DNA of 64,000 bases from assembly GCA_051294375.1 (NCBI GenBank), contig CM119270.1, positions 1,834,091 through 1,898,090 on the forward strand. Reading direction: 5' to 3'. Positions 52,401-59,700 of the stretch are shown piece after piece. The position numbers were made by a program, and so were the translations under genes. The notes under the pieces were generated by a model that had not been told where the DNA came from, ran no database searches, and saw only the letters and a list, made by a program, of their open reading frames with translations. Position 1 is the first letter of the stretch; each line of letters begins with the position of its first letter. The DNA comes from Paraspadella gotoi (taxonomy: Eukaryota; Animalia; Chaetognatha).

Positions 52401-53626
52401 TGCGAAATCTTTACTTTCATCATAATAAAATGAAAGACATGGACCGCTTCCAATTTTCTAAAAAACACAACGATCGTAATCAATGGTATTAAATCTTAAA
52501 AGGCAAAATGTTATTAAAAAAGCATATTTAAAATTATTAAGCATTAATTCCATCCTCCTCTAAAAACGAATATACAACTCAAGTTTGAAACTGATGTGAG
52601 CAAAATATTAAAATGTTTTTAATGTATAAAAGCGCGTCGGAGTAGGTCTCTCACTGAACCCCCTGTGGGCGAACAACTACAACCGAACAACTCGGTCAAA
52701 CTGGCCCTCGATCGTTTTCTCTCTCTCTCTCTCTCACTCCTTGTTAAATTCTTGTTATAGACTTAGTGTTAAAGGGTTTATAATTATTTTGTCTGAATGG
52801 AGCCCTGCATTTTATTTTTGAAAGGCTCAAATCAGCTTAAATTTAAATTTGAATATCTGTCGTCTCATTGGTTAATAATAACTATTTTGGTTTTTTTTTA
52901 TTAATATCAAAAAGATATAACACAGTAACGGTTATCACAATTACTCAATAATCCTCTGAGACCATCAGGTATTAAATGAAGTTTCTAATTTTACTTGAAT
53001 ATGGTTTTGGAGCTTTGAGCAGAAGCTGCGTCTCTGCTCTGCTGCTGCTTGTTCTCTTTTCTCTGCAGCAGCTACTCATATTCATGACTGTTGGATATTG
53101 AATACTTAGTAATAAAGTTACTATTCTATTTTATATCTTTTGGTGTTTGGACTGAGTTAATATTAAGTCGTGATTAACACTATGCAAAAGAAAGTTCTCA
53201 TCTGAAGCTGTTTATTGTTATTAACTTGTTGAAAAATAAATCATTTTATAATGTAAAATTTGTTGCGTCCACTCCACTATGGTGGGTTTTACATAAAATT
53301 ATTGAGTTAAGGATTGGGAACGAGGCTCAAGGGTAGGATGATGGATCCAAGCTATTACTATGGTCTTGTGTAAAGCTGTGATTAATTTAAAATATATTAA
53401 TTTATGTTATGTAAAAAATTAAATACATTTAAATATATATTTTTTAATATATAAAGAAATATATAATATATTTCAATATTTTAATTTTGAATACTTGTCT
53501 TAATATTTTATACTCATGAATGAATATCTCGTGTAAATGTTCAGTACCTTCATATATTCCATAAGTGCATATTGTGGGGTGCATTCTCCATTGGAGAGAA
53601 TGTAAGTCCGAATTGGAGCCTTTATA
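11911..53626 (-). CDS. Receptor-type (transmembrane) guanylyl cyclase family gene, multi-exon, 5' part not located; atypical catalytic domain
   Basis: GT-AG exons with mostly phase-consistent junctions in canonical rGC order: ectodomain end PPDVPYC, TM helix, KHD (VAIK, HGKMRSTNCL, LLWTxPELLR, GDIYSLGII, PFRP, CW), coiled coil (QERTKEYLDEK..KMLPEQIA), cyclase (SDIVNFT, ETIGDAY, RIGIHSG). Some exons occur in duplicated, frameshifted copies. Confidence 0.93.
12345..12597. repeat. Dispersed repeat with an internal ~70-bp triplication; single-unit relative at 8055-8155
   Basis: acaagayagtaacatagcaggtctcttcaagctgtcaatcaagactctcaca occurs three times; gactttggaca..ggtgg..taag is shared with 8055. 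Confidence 0.75.
12626..12754 (-). CDS. rGC cyclase exon (G)GVVAGVLGTRHPKYTIFGKNYEITKLMESHGSPMKVHVTEET(R)
   Basis: acag| acceptor and |gtttgg donor, phase 2-2; homologous to [29 protein letters not shown]..KIH. Confidence 0.92.
12786..13092. repeat. (ATT)n followed by a 33-bp minisatellite attttgttgttctcattctgttatttgttattc
   Basis: Explains the spurious ORFs 12664..13095 and 12675..12893; lies inside a cyclase intron. Confidence 0.92.
13235..13373 (-). CDS. rGC cyclase exon (G)VPEERADHAERVADFGVAMRNSLWHYEYRCHGQSRKIEIRIGIHS(G)
   Basis: atag| acceptor and |gtgagt donor; GxP..HA and RIGIHSG motifs. Confidence 0.93.
13708..13787. repeat. (AAT)n microsatellite
   Basis: Direct inspection. Confidence 0.95.
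13816..13891 (-). CDS. rGC cyclase exon NYDKLMIEYKVLKYETIGDAYIVVS(G)
   Basis: tacag| acceptor and |gtaaaa donor; KxETIGDAY motif with the GTP-specifying Glu. Confidence 0.95.
14060..14187 (-). CDS. rGC cyclase exon (G)ECPVPRLYTSVTMLCSDIVNFTPLASSLLPMEVVQMLNEIFQ
   Basis: Lies within ORF 14012..14212; SVT..SDIVxFT..P.xVV.xLN motif; atag| acceptor and |gtcatt donor. Confidence 0.95.
14262..14319 (-). CDS. rGC exon VQNLVFKMLPEQIALQLTR(G) (signalling helix end)
   Basis: acag| acceptor and |gtctca donor, phase 0-1; matches LL..MLP..VA.QL..G. Confidence 0.9.
14477..14586 (-). CDS. rGC coiled-coil exon (G)SENIKKSTMLMLDKHSSVLQLQIQERTKEYLDEKLR
   Basis: atag| acceptor and |gtcaat donor, phase 1-0; matches NI....MExY...LE..V.ERT..L.EEK. 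Confidence 0.9.
14676..14786 (-). CDS. rGC KHD C-terminal exon (E)PRGQLLMIEMISLCWHENSKSRLSAKVIKQKVINLM(G)
   Basis: ttcag| acceptor and |gtaggc donor, phase 1-1; kinase subdomain XI CW.E....R. Confidence 0.87.
15008..15056 (-). ncRNA. Degenerate hammerhead copy (GAAA to AAAA)
   Basis: Minus strand reads gacg-CTGAGGA-a-GGCTTG..CAAGCC-AAAA-CATG-TC; the G12 equivalent (15025) is changed. Confidence 0.55.
15075..15535 (+). repeat. Dispersed repeat with internal degenerate TTAGGG-like array; inverted copies at about 40830-41280 and 44335-44775
   Basis: Shared blocks ggagcagcgaatctctctc, tggatgactcagagtcagga, gattagggttgtctttcccta and ggaagcagcaaaag. Confidence 0.75.
15672..15721 (+). ncRNA. Minimal type I hammerhead ribozyme (Penelope type)
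   Basis: agacg-CTGATGA-a-GGCTTG-aaacatta-CAAGCC-GAAA-CATG-TC-cgt(a)tct: intact core, 6-bp stem II, palindromic helix III, GUC cleavage triplet ending at 15714. Confidence 0.75.
15940..16726 (-). CDS. rGC KHD exons, copy 1 (15940-16001, 16407-16537, 16654-16726), each with a 1-2 nt frameshifting indel
   Basis: Near-identical to the intact exons at 20714-21491; reads LLWTAPELLR; indels lie in homopolymers or dinucleotides, probably sequencing errors. Confidence 0.8.
17436..18049. mobile_element. Palindromic (foldback) MITE family; copies at 22203-23442 and 32509-33757, diverged relatives at about 8978-9578 and 62591-62820
   Basis: gtgacta..tagtcac ends; inner arms gcagatttggatt..aagttgataaaaagaaata / tatttcttttatcaactt..aattcaaatctgc and cattaagtgggt / acccacttaatg. 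Confidence 0.65.
18073..18790. mobile_element. Penelope-like non-autonomous element family 2 with ~70 bp inverted arms and a (GA)n-rich interior; copies at 23497-24228 and 33812-34569
   Basis: The arms aggaaaaa..ggtcaacaacgatt..gtttcaactcttt are reverse complements; the left arm extends into a hammerhead core. Confidence 0.62.
18122..18166 (-). ncRNA. Minimal hammerhead-like motif, family 2 (copy at 23549-23593)
   Basis: Minus strand reads gatcg-CTGAAGA-a-GACTCTT-aata-AAGAGTT-GAAA-CTTT-TT-cgac; the truncated right arm shows GAAA-CTTG-TC-(c)gac. Confidence 0.55.
20446..20494 (+). ncRNA. Minimal hammerhead ribozyme, duplicate copy
   Basis: agacg-CTGATGA-a-GGCTTG-aacatta-CAAGCC-GAAA-CATG-TC-cgtatct. 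Confidence 0.72.
20714..20777 (-). CDS. rGC KHD exon VVEAPISVEEPFRPDFSKEDE (copy 2, intact)
   Basis: ttaag| acceptor and |gttttt donor, 64 nt, phase 0-1; PFRP motif. Confidence 0.82.
21148..21277 (-). CDS. rGC KHD exon (G)IKHNFGTFEGDIYSLGIIFHEIMEQKGPFSTHINWSNQEIIKK (copy 2, intact)
   Basis: Lies within ORF 21079..21318; subdomain IX GT..GDxYSxGII..EI....PF; atag| acceptor and |gtaaga donor. Confidence 0.9.
21418..21491 (-). CDS. rGC KHD exon PTLNEDIAKKLLWTSPELLREWET(G) (copy 2, intact)
   Basis: ttgcag| acceptor and |gtaagt donor; rGC signature LLWTAPELLR. Confidence 0.9.
22695..23302. mobile_element. ~608 bp palindromic MITE with 9-bp TSD (Mutator-like); copy at 33017-33616
   Basis: tatatataa at 22686-22694 and 23303-23311; ends taaggc-gg / ccggcctaa; absent from the homologous site at about 17910-17920. 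Confidence 0.68.
25642..25727 (-). CDS. rGC KHD exon VDKYFVVKLSNFLPRKLQPTWYDPMFEL(G)
   Basis: cccag| acceptor and |gtaaga donor; aligns to VD.RxVLKITDYGL. It ends in phase 2 whereas the next found exon starts in phase 0, so a microexon or indel is unresolved. Confidence 0.8.
25795..25893 (-). CDS. rGC KHD exon VKLSLCFDLAKAMSYLHHDAKLVHGKMRSTNCL
   Basis: atag| acceptor and |gtaaac donor, 99 nt; D..KGM.YLH....HG.LKS.NC pseudokinase motif typical of rGCs. Confidence 0.92.
26008..26151 (-). CDS. rGC KHD exon RLDDNIITPFVGAVVNCNPGLVLTDFSYRGSLHDLLCYSDKNLSNNWK
   Basis: cttag| acceptor and |gtttct donor, 144 nt; FxGA..T...RGSL.D.L motif. Confidence 0.9.
26515..27104. repeat. 18-bp satellite tggtcaactggcataatt followed by (TCAA)n; duplicate at 36830-37430
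   Basis: Period 18 (LVNWHN hexapeptide in the spurious ORFs). Confidence 0.92.
29730..29884 (-). CDS. Error-rich copy of the rGC KHD N-lobe (VAIK) exon
   Basis: Aligns to the clean copy at 39158-39302 with several insertions; a third noisy copy lies at about 42758-42915. Confidence 0.7.
30560..31215. repeat. ~19-bp satellite caacttgcatcattttttt; copies at 39940-40560 and 43540-44095, inverted at 51645-52015 and 58870-59210
   Basis: Direct inspection. Confidence 0.88.
35965..36471 (-). CDS. Duplicate, frameshifted copies of the three KHD exons at 25642-26151
   Basis: Colinear near-identity with many 1-nt indels. Confidence 0.75.
39158..39302 (-). CDS. rGC KHD N-lobe exon ENIINSEFMRNSNIMIGTLNGQIVAIKERRNIRQLIKAMNMKEIAVVK
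   Basis: Lies within ORF 39152..39358; G..VAIK and the alphaC Glu; the |gtttga phase-0 donor joins RLDDNII. Confidence 0.85.
39369..39409 (-). CDS. Possible 41-nt juxtamembrane rGC microexon (FEECLIFAHVCTT or SKSVLFLRMSVLR, frame uncertain)
   Basis: ttaag| acceptor and |gtaaac donor; phase 0-2 would bridge the TM exon and the VAIK exon; no motif support. Confidence 0.4.
45471..47128. mobile_element. 1.66 kb foldback element with ~540 bp inverted arms and a CCCTAA-rich centre
   Basis: Reverse-complement blocks tttcttgtgccaaatttagtg, atggattttccacgccagtttttgcgt, ccacttccggtttt and ctgttattcagccagcatact; no clear TSD. Confidence 0.8.
47500..47682 (-). CDS. rGC transmembrane exon ..WPKILIALCLAIFLIAILLISFRHSLKEYTWIYKRSELII..
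   Basis: Lies within ORF 47439..47831; about 19 hydrophobic residues followed by basic residues and the conserved juxtamembrane W; tttag| acceptor in phase 2; donor at 47499 or 47504. Confidence 0.82.
   Translation of the reverse strand, partial: APSNLFNVAKNFDCPLLGNFLNCNITYIFSTFFERIHLDIQEERAHNKFSGRIFRGANEC
47900..48475. repeat. Degenerate triplicated ~110-180 bp unit, possibly a LINE remnant
   Basis: catctactatc..cagccaatcccat..ggctcatag..gcgttgc recurs at about 47910, 48083 and 48356; the minus strand has MQKKVVRTV, weakly like CR1/L2 LQKxAxRxI. Confidence 0.45.
48707..50190. mobile_element. Tc1/mariner-like MITE with nested Helentron-like insertion
   Basis: TA|cactggggcgcaaaaaaaagacacatttt ... 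aaaatgtatccttttttgtgccgcagtg|TA: ~28 bp imperfect TIRs and a TA target duplication. Confidence 0.7.
49097..49967 (+). mobile_element. DINE-1/Helentron-like non-autonomous element; relatives at about 26326-27970, 28000-28641, 30383-31300, 39780-41647, 43397-45150, 50910-52130 (-) and 58105-59330 (-)
   Basis: 5' aa(c)aagtt..caaacaatGTCGGATCT, 3' hairpin agtcgg(g)atgtgct-gata-agcagatccgact sharing the subterminal IR, (GGAC/AGAC)n microsatellite and ~150 bp internal tandem units. Confidence 0.65.
50325..50431 (-). CDS. rGC ectodomain C-terminal exon IAVEPSISEKDDKFLFSSYDYAVPPDVPYCAYNNK
   Basis: ttcag| acceptor and |gtaaat donor; PPDVPxC matches the natriuretic-peptide-receptor juxtamembrane motif PPDxPxCGF; duplicate with a 1-nt deletion at 57505-57610. 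Confidence 0.85.
52393..52457 (-). CDS. Probable rGC ectodomain exon (..SFYYDESKDF..); cleaner copy at 59620-59684
   Basis: ttttag| acceptor and |gtaaaa donor in both copies; the 59620-59684 copy reads NWKRSMIFSFYYDESKDFDSS and ends in phase 0. Confidence 0.5.
53548..53626 (-). CDS. Probable rGC ectodomain exon IKAPIRTYILSNGECTPQYALMEYMK
   Basis: Strong tttttag| acceptor and |gtactg donor; resembles the ANF-receptor G.V.ID.NGDR...Y.L motif; noisy duplicate at about 60784-60868. Confidence 0.55.
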
Positions 53627-54163
53627 CTAAAAAATAAAATCTAAATTAGTTATCACAATTATTTTAATTATTGCTGAAGAGATAGTAATTCGTATTGTTA
53701 TGCGCTGTGTTAATGAACAGACGCGTTCGATTTTTATACGTAGCTAGTCCTGGAGCTTCGGATATCACCGGCGTGTAACACCGTGTTACCAGGGGGTTAA
53801 GCGCCCGCGCCTCCTTAAAACTGGCTAGGCGCCACCGGGACTAGAACCACAGACTTGGGTTGGGCTCGGAAGGCGAATCGACTTGCCCCTTCTGGCACCA
53901 ATGGCCACTGATGAACGCGTTGGTGGATTTTAGTCCACCAATAACATCCCCCCTCCCGTAGGGAGAAGGTCTGTTTGCGCTCTCTTCAGTGAATTGTTGT
54001 TGTTTTCGGGGTTAGAAAAGTTCATCGCCAGTTTGAGCATGTCCCCTGAAAAGTGTTGTTGTTGCTGTTGAGAGTGGTTCGAAGTTATGGGCTCACCAAT
54101 AAAGAACAGTAATTATTGTTATATCGGATGTTAATGACAGAACCGTTCAAATATAGCAGTCCA

Positions 54164-54372
54164 GTCGGTCGGTCGATGTCGGAAGCGTTGTCGGGGACCG
54201 TGGCACGTCGGTCGGGTCGGTCGGGTCGTCGGTCGGTCGGTCGAGTCGGTCGGTCGGTCGGTGATTCCAAGTTCGGTCGGTGCCCGGCTCGGGTCGTCGT
54301 GTCCGCCTCGGGTCGGTATATCGGCTCGGTCGGGGACTCGGGCTCGGGTCGGTCGCCTCGGATCGGTCGGAC
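54164..54372. repeat. Degenerate (GTCG/TCGG)n tract, probably low-quality sequence
   Basis: Interrupts a repeat copy and starts a 2.9 kb block missing from the duplicate at 61370. Confidence 0.7.
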
Positions 54373-55509
54373 GGAATGAGATCCAGTGGAGAGGATATGA
54401 GAGGAGATGGGTGTCGCGTGACGATCGTGTTAATGAGCTGGTTCGGCGCATTGTTATGTGCGTCGGACGTTCTGAAGATTTGGGAGGGTGTAGTGGGAGG
54501 CGGTGCATGTAGCACAGACTCATTGTTGTGTCGGCCCATGACGTCGATCGTCGGAATCGGTCCGGATCGGATTCTCAAACCCTCGAAAATTCTTCCATTC
54601 GAACCGGAAGAAAAAAATTTCGTGAAAACAAAAATTCACTATCGGAAAAAAAAGAAGGAAAATTGAAGGGTTCGGTCTTTTATTTATTCACTTTTTCTCC
54701 GATATTTTATAATGTTCATCTTTTTCGCTCGATTGTAATTCTTGATTTCATAATGTAAGAGTTTAATACTGAAATATGAGCGATTTCAGAGTGTTATGCT
54801 GGGTGGAGAAAGCGAGCAGAAGATAAAAGCGGGTGACTCAGATACAGAGAGAGGCTGATTATGGGGCTCAGACAGGAAGATGTTAGACCTGCGGGGAAGA
54901 GAAAAAGATAAACTAGAAGCGGAACGAGAAGAGAAGTTGAAAAAGTAAAGAGAAAACCAAATAAAAATCGAAGAGCGACGTGAGAGATAAGTAAGTTTCT
55001 TAGTTATATCAACAAAAGAAGATGATCATGACATCGCAAAATTGGTCGAAGAAGACGAAGAAAAAATAGGGAGAAAAAGGACAAGGCAGATAATAGAAAT
55101 GAAAAAAAAGAGATCAGCGTGAGGAGGTGTATAAGATAAGTAGAAAAAAACATAGGGAAAAAATCATAGAAGGCGAGAAAGCGATGTATTTACTGAAGGG
55201 GAAATAAAGGGTAGAAACAGACAAAAGAGAGGTTTTATGTGACGAAGATAGGTCTAGCGCTAGAGAATTGCGTAATTCGAATGAAGGAGGGAATTGGATT
55301 AGCGCGGAAAGGTTCGGAGTTGGGAGGTGGATGGAATGTGATGGATGGAATTGGGCTCAATGGGTGGTGTTGGGAGTTGCGGTTGGATTTTAGGGGAATG
55401 AAAATGAAAAGTCGGCGGAAGCAACGAAAAAGGGAGATACTTGAAGAAGGATTGAACAGAAAAATTATCGAAAATTGATTAGGGTTGAGAGAGAGAGAGA
55501 GAGAAGCAG

Positions 55510-55564
<55 letters not shown>

Positions 55565-56277
55565 AGAGAAGGAGAGAGCATATTGAGGCGAGAACAAAAG
55601 AAATTTTTTTATTCCTCTATCATTTGCTTTGCGAAAATACAAATATATAACAATAAGAGAGAGGGAGCCAAGATAAGAAATGTTTGATTCCGCTGTCGAA
55701 CTCACACCGCAAGTCCGATGCGCGCGAAATGCACCTAAACCGACGAAATAAAAAAGATGGTGTTCCCTACACTCTCTAATTCGCCACGTTTTTACTTGTT
55801 TAAAACAGAAGGGAAAGGACAAGACGGCGGGAGACCCTGCGAAACTTCGGGCACATATGTTAATAAAAATATACGAAACTAACTTAGTCACGCAGAATTA
55901 ATCTATAAATATGAATTAGTTGACAATGTAATTACATTTTTTTAAAGATAGAGGTCCGCAGTAAAAAAACAGCAAAAAACCAAGTTTTTTTTTAAAAGTA
56001 TTTTTTTTTTGGGGCCCTTCATGCCGTCTTTAATCCCACATGTCCTCGGCGTGGTATTTATAACGCGTTCCGTCTTTTTCTTCGCTCCCTCTAGTCGGGC
56101 TCTTTTTGTTTTAACGGGCGGGAGCGTCTCGAGTTTGTTTACGAAAGAAAACAAAAATAACAACGCCCGGACAAAAGAGGGCGGATAAGATTTCTACTGG
56201 TTCTTCTTCCGCGTATCTTATCTTTTTTCTTCATTCTCTTTCTCTCTCTCTCTCGTCTCTCTCTTCTCTCCTCTCGC

Positions 56278-56332
<55 letters not shown>

Positions 56333-56679
56333 ATTTCCATATTCTTTTTTTCCCTTATTTTTCAAATAATTCTCTTGGAGGGCCTGTTCGCATCTCCTAC
56401 AGAACTATTGTCCGTNNNNNNNNNNNNNNNNNNNNNNNNNATGTTGGGATAGACACCACACAGGAGAGAGAGAGAAGAGCAGAGAAAGAGAGAGAGAGAG
56501 GGCGAGAGAATAAGAAGAGAGAGAGAGAGAGAAGCTCTACCCCTTTACTCGTTAAAGAATCAGCAGTACTTATGGCGCCGCACGTAGCGTGAGCTATTCT
56601 CTACCGGGTTCGCGCCCTATTCGCGGCATCGTTTTTTACATAGTAACCCACATTAATATCTAAAAGAATTTTTTTGTAA

Positions 56680-56726
<47 letters not shown>

Positions 56727-59700
56727 AGCTGGACAGACGCTGCAGAGCCCGGAACTCGTTTTTAGAAGAAGCAGTACGGAAGAAAAAGAGAGAGAGAGAG
56801 CGACATATAATTAAAACGTTTTTGTTTTGTAAATAAAACATAACAAATACGAATATTGATATGAAACATGAGATTTTAAAGATCTTGATGATTAGAAGCC
56901 ATATATGAAATTCAACTCCCTATATATCCACACTTTCAAAGCCATGATTGCAAAAAGCGAGACCGAAAGTAAACCGAAAAAAAAAATCTAGACAGGAGGG
57001 CTTTGCCGCCGGCCTCGATAATAGAGGATATTTGTTTGTTTGATAAAGTAACAAAACATTTAATAACTGTCCTGACTCAATTTTAAGGACATCGATGATG
57101 ACAGCTGAATATAAATTATAATTAATCTATTAATTAATTAATTAATTATCTATTAATTAATTATTAATCTATAATTATTAATTAATTAATCAATTAATAA
57201 TTAATTATCGTAGGCAGATCCGACATTGTTTGCTCACACTTGTTTTATTTAATATCAATTGATGCTTTTTAAAAAGCTATACTTTTTATAACTATTTTCT
57301 AAAAATTAAAAAAAAGAAATAGTGGGGGTATTTGAGCTATCAAATTCTGTATCTTTTTTCGTGCCGCAGTGTAGTTAAAGAAAAAAAACATATTACATTA
57401 TATACAAACAGCTATCATAAAGACAGGACCGACAGATCGAGTGATCAATTAAAATAAAAGAGAGTCGCGGGGCAACAATCAAATCGGTCGAGGATCTAAT
57501 TTACTTTTTGTTGTTATAGGCGCAGTATGGAACATCGGGTGGCACAGCATAATCATAACTTGAAAATAAAAATTTATCATCTTTTTCGGAATTGATGGCT
57601 CGACTGCAATCTAAAAATTTAATTAAATACACATATGAAAAAATAGATATACATATAATAGAGTTGAGCTTTCTGAAACCAGAAATTTATTTGAGTAAAC
57701 AAACAAGGACATTTAGACGTGAGATAGTATGATTATTGAGCACAAAAAATATTTTATCATATGTTTGGGGAACAGTATCTCCTTTATCCTCTAAACTCCT
57801 TCTAAAATAGTAAATTTTCAAAATAATATTTTTTTTTCAATTTTGATCCACTTATCATCGTGAATTTCTTGTTTCTTGTTTCGTTGTGTTTGAAATAATA
57901 GAAGAAGTTTGAAGTACATGTACGTCACTATGTAGTATTTACCAATAATTTATTAGTACATGTACATCACTATGTACCAATAATTTATTGGTACATGTAC
58001 GTCACTATGTACCAATAAAATCGTTGTTGAAAGCAAATTCAAACTTCTTCTATGATCCACTGATCAAAATATTGAGAAAAGATTTATACTTTGTGCAGAT
58101 ACTTTTTAGTCGGATCTGCTCATCAGCAGATTCCGACTCAATAATTCACTTTTGTCGGTCCGTCGGTCCCACCCCTAAATCTTGTTGGTAAATAATTTTT
58201 ATCACATTAGAAAGTCATATAATGCTAAATTAAGCAAAAAAAACAAACGATGTCCGACCGTCCGTCCATCCGTCTGTCGGAAGGTCCGTCCCACTTTTTC
58301 ATTAAACTCCAATTACTCGTAATTGCATAGATGGATTGGAATAAAATTTTGTGTGGTGTTAGGAAAGTGTATGATTGAGCTGGAAATAAAGTTTCGATGG
58401 AATTGTGCGAGTGGAAATGAGTTTAAATGGGAAAAAAACATAAGTCAAATTAACTTAAATCTTTTTACTAATTTTAACCCATAATTACTCAAATAAATCA
58501 TAATTGGATGAATAGATTGGAATTAAATTTTGTGTGTGGGTAGGAAAGTGTGTTAGTGAGTTTGATATAAAGTTTTCATGGAATCGTGCGAGTAGAAATG
58601 AATTTAAATAGAAAGAACATAAGTCACTTTTATTTGAATTTTTTAAATAACTTTAATCCATAATTAATCTTATTAATCATAATTGAATGGATAGATTGAG
58701 ATTAAATTTTGTGTGTGGGTAGGAAAATGTGTGATTGAGCATGCATAATAAAGTTTGGAATCGAGGAGTGAAAGATGAGTTTGAATGAAAAAAGCCAAAG
58801 TCAAGTTGACTTGAATTTTATTATTTATGATATCATAATGTTTAATTAATTAATTGTTATTAATACTAAGAATGAAAAATGATACACTTTGAAAAAATGA
58901 TGCAGAAAAAAATCTATGCATATTGAAAAAATGATTCAAGTTGAAAGATTATGCAGGATGAAAGAATGTCACAGTGAAAGAATGGATGCAAGTTGGAAAG
59001 AATGATTCAAGTTGAAAGAATCGAAATGCAAGTTGAAAAATGATTCAGAGTTGAAAAAATGATTGAGTTAAGAAAAATATATCGAAAAAAATAGATCGAG
59101 TTGGAAAAAATGCAAGTTGAAAAAATGAATGCAAGTTTGAAAATGAAAGCAAGTTAAAAAATAATGCAAATTAAAAAATGTATGCGAGTTAAGAAAATGA
59201 TGCATGTTTAAAAAATAATAATAATTAAAAAATTATTTGTAATTTATTTATTTATTTTTTATTTCTTATATTTATTTAATTAATTACAGTTTAATTATCG
59301 TGGGCAGGTCACGACATTGTTTGCTCAATTTTGCAATTCTACTTTTAAAAATACAAATTTTTTGAAAAAAATTTTTTTTTTATCTAAAAATAAATATTGA
59401 AAATGCTAATGCTAAAAAATGCTAATGCTAATGCTAATGCTAAAAAATGCTATGCGTTTTAGCCATTTAAAAAAAATATTGGTCCATTGAAAGTTTTCTC
59501 AGAAATTTATTATGTAGTTTCGTTTAGGAAGGTTCCCAAATCTTCTGACCCACTCCATTGACATAGATTCGCCGTATCTTAACCCTAACGTCTAACTAAA
59601 TTCGCTTCATTTTTTTTACCGAACTGTCGAAATCTTTACTTTCATCATAATAAAATGAAAAGATCATGGACCGCTTCCAATTTTCTAAAAACAAACGATC

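Noticed and set aside
54085-57110. GC-rich ORFs and purine-rich block suggesting foreign or HGT DNA
   Set aside because: Low-complexity, no motifs, absent from the duplicate block and flanking a 25-N gap; most likely low-quality read tails.
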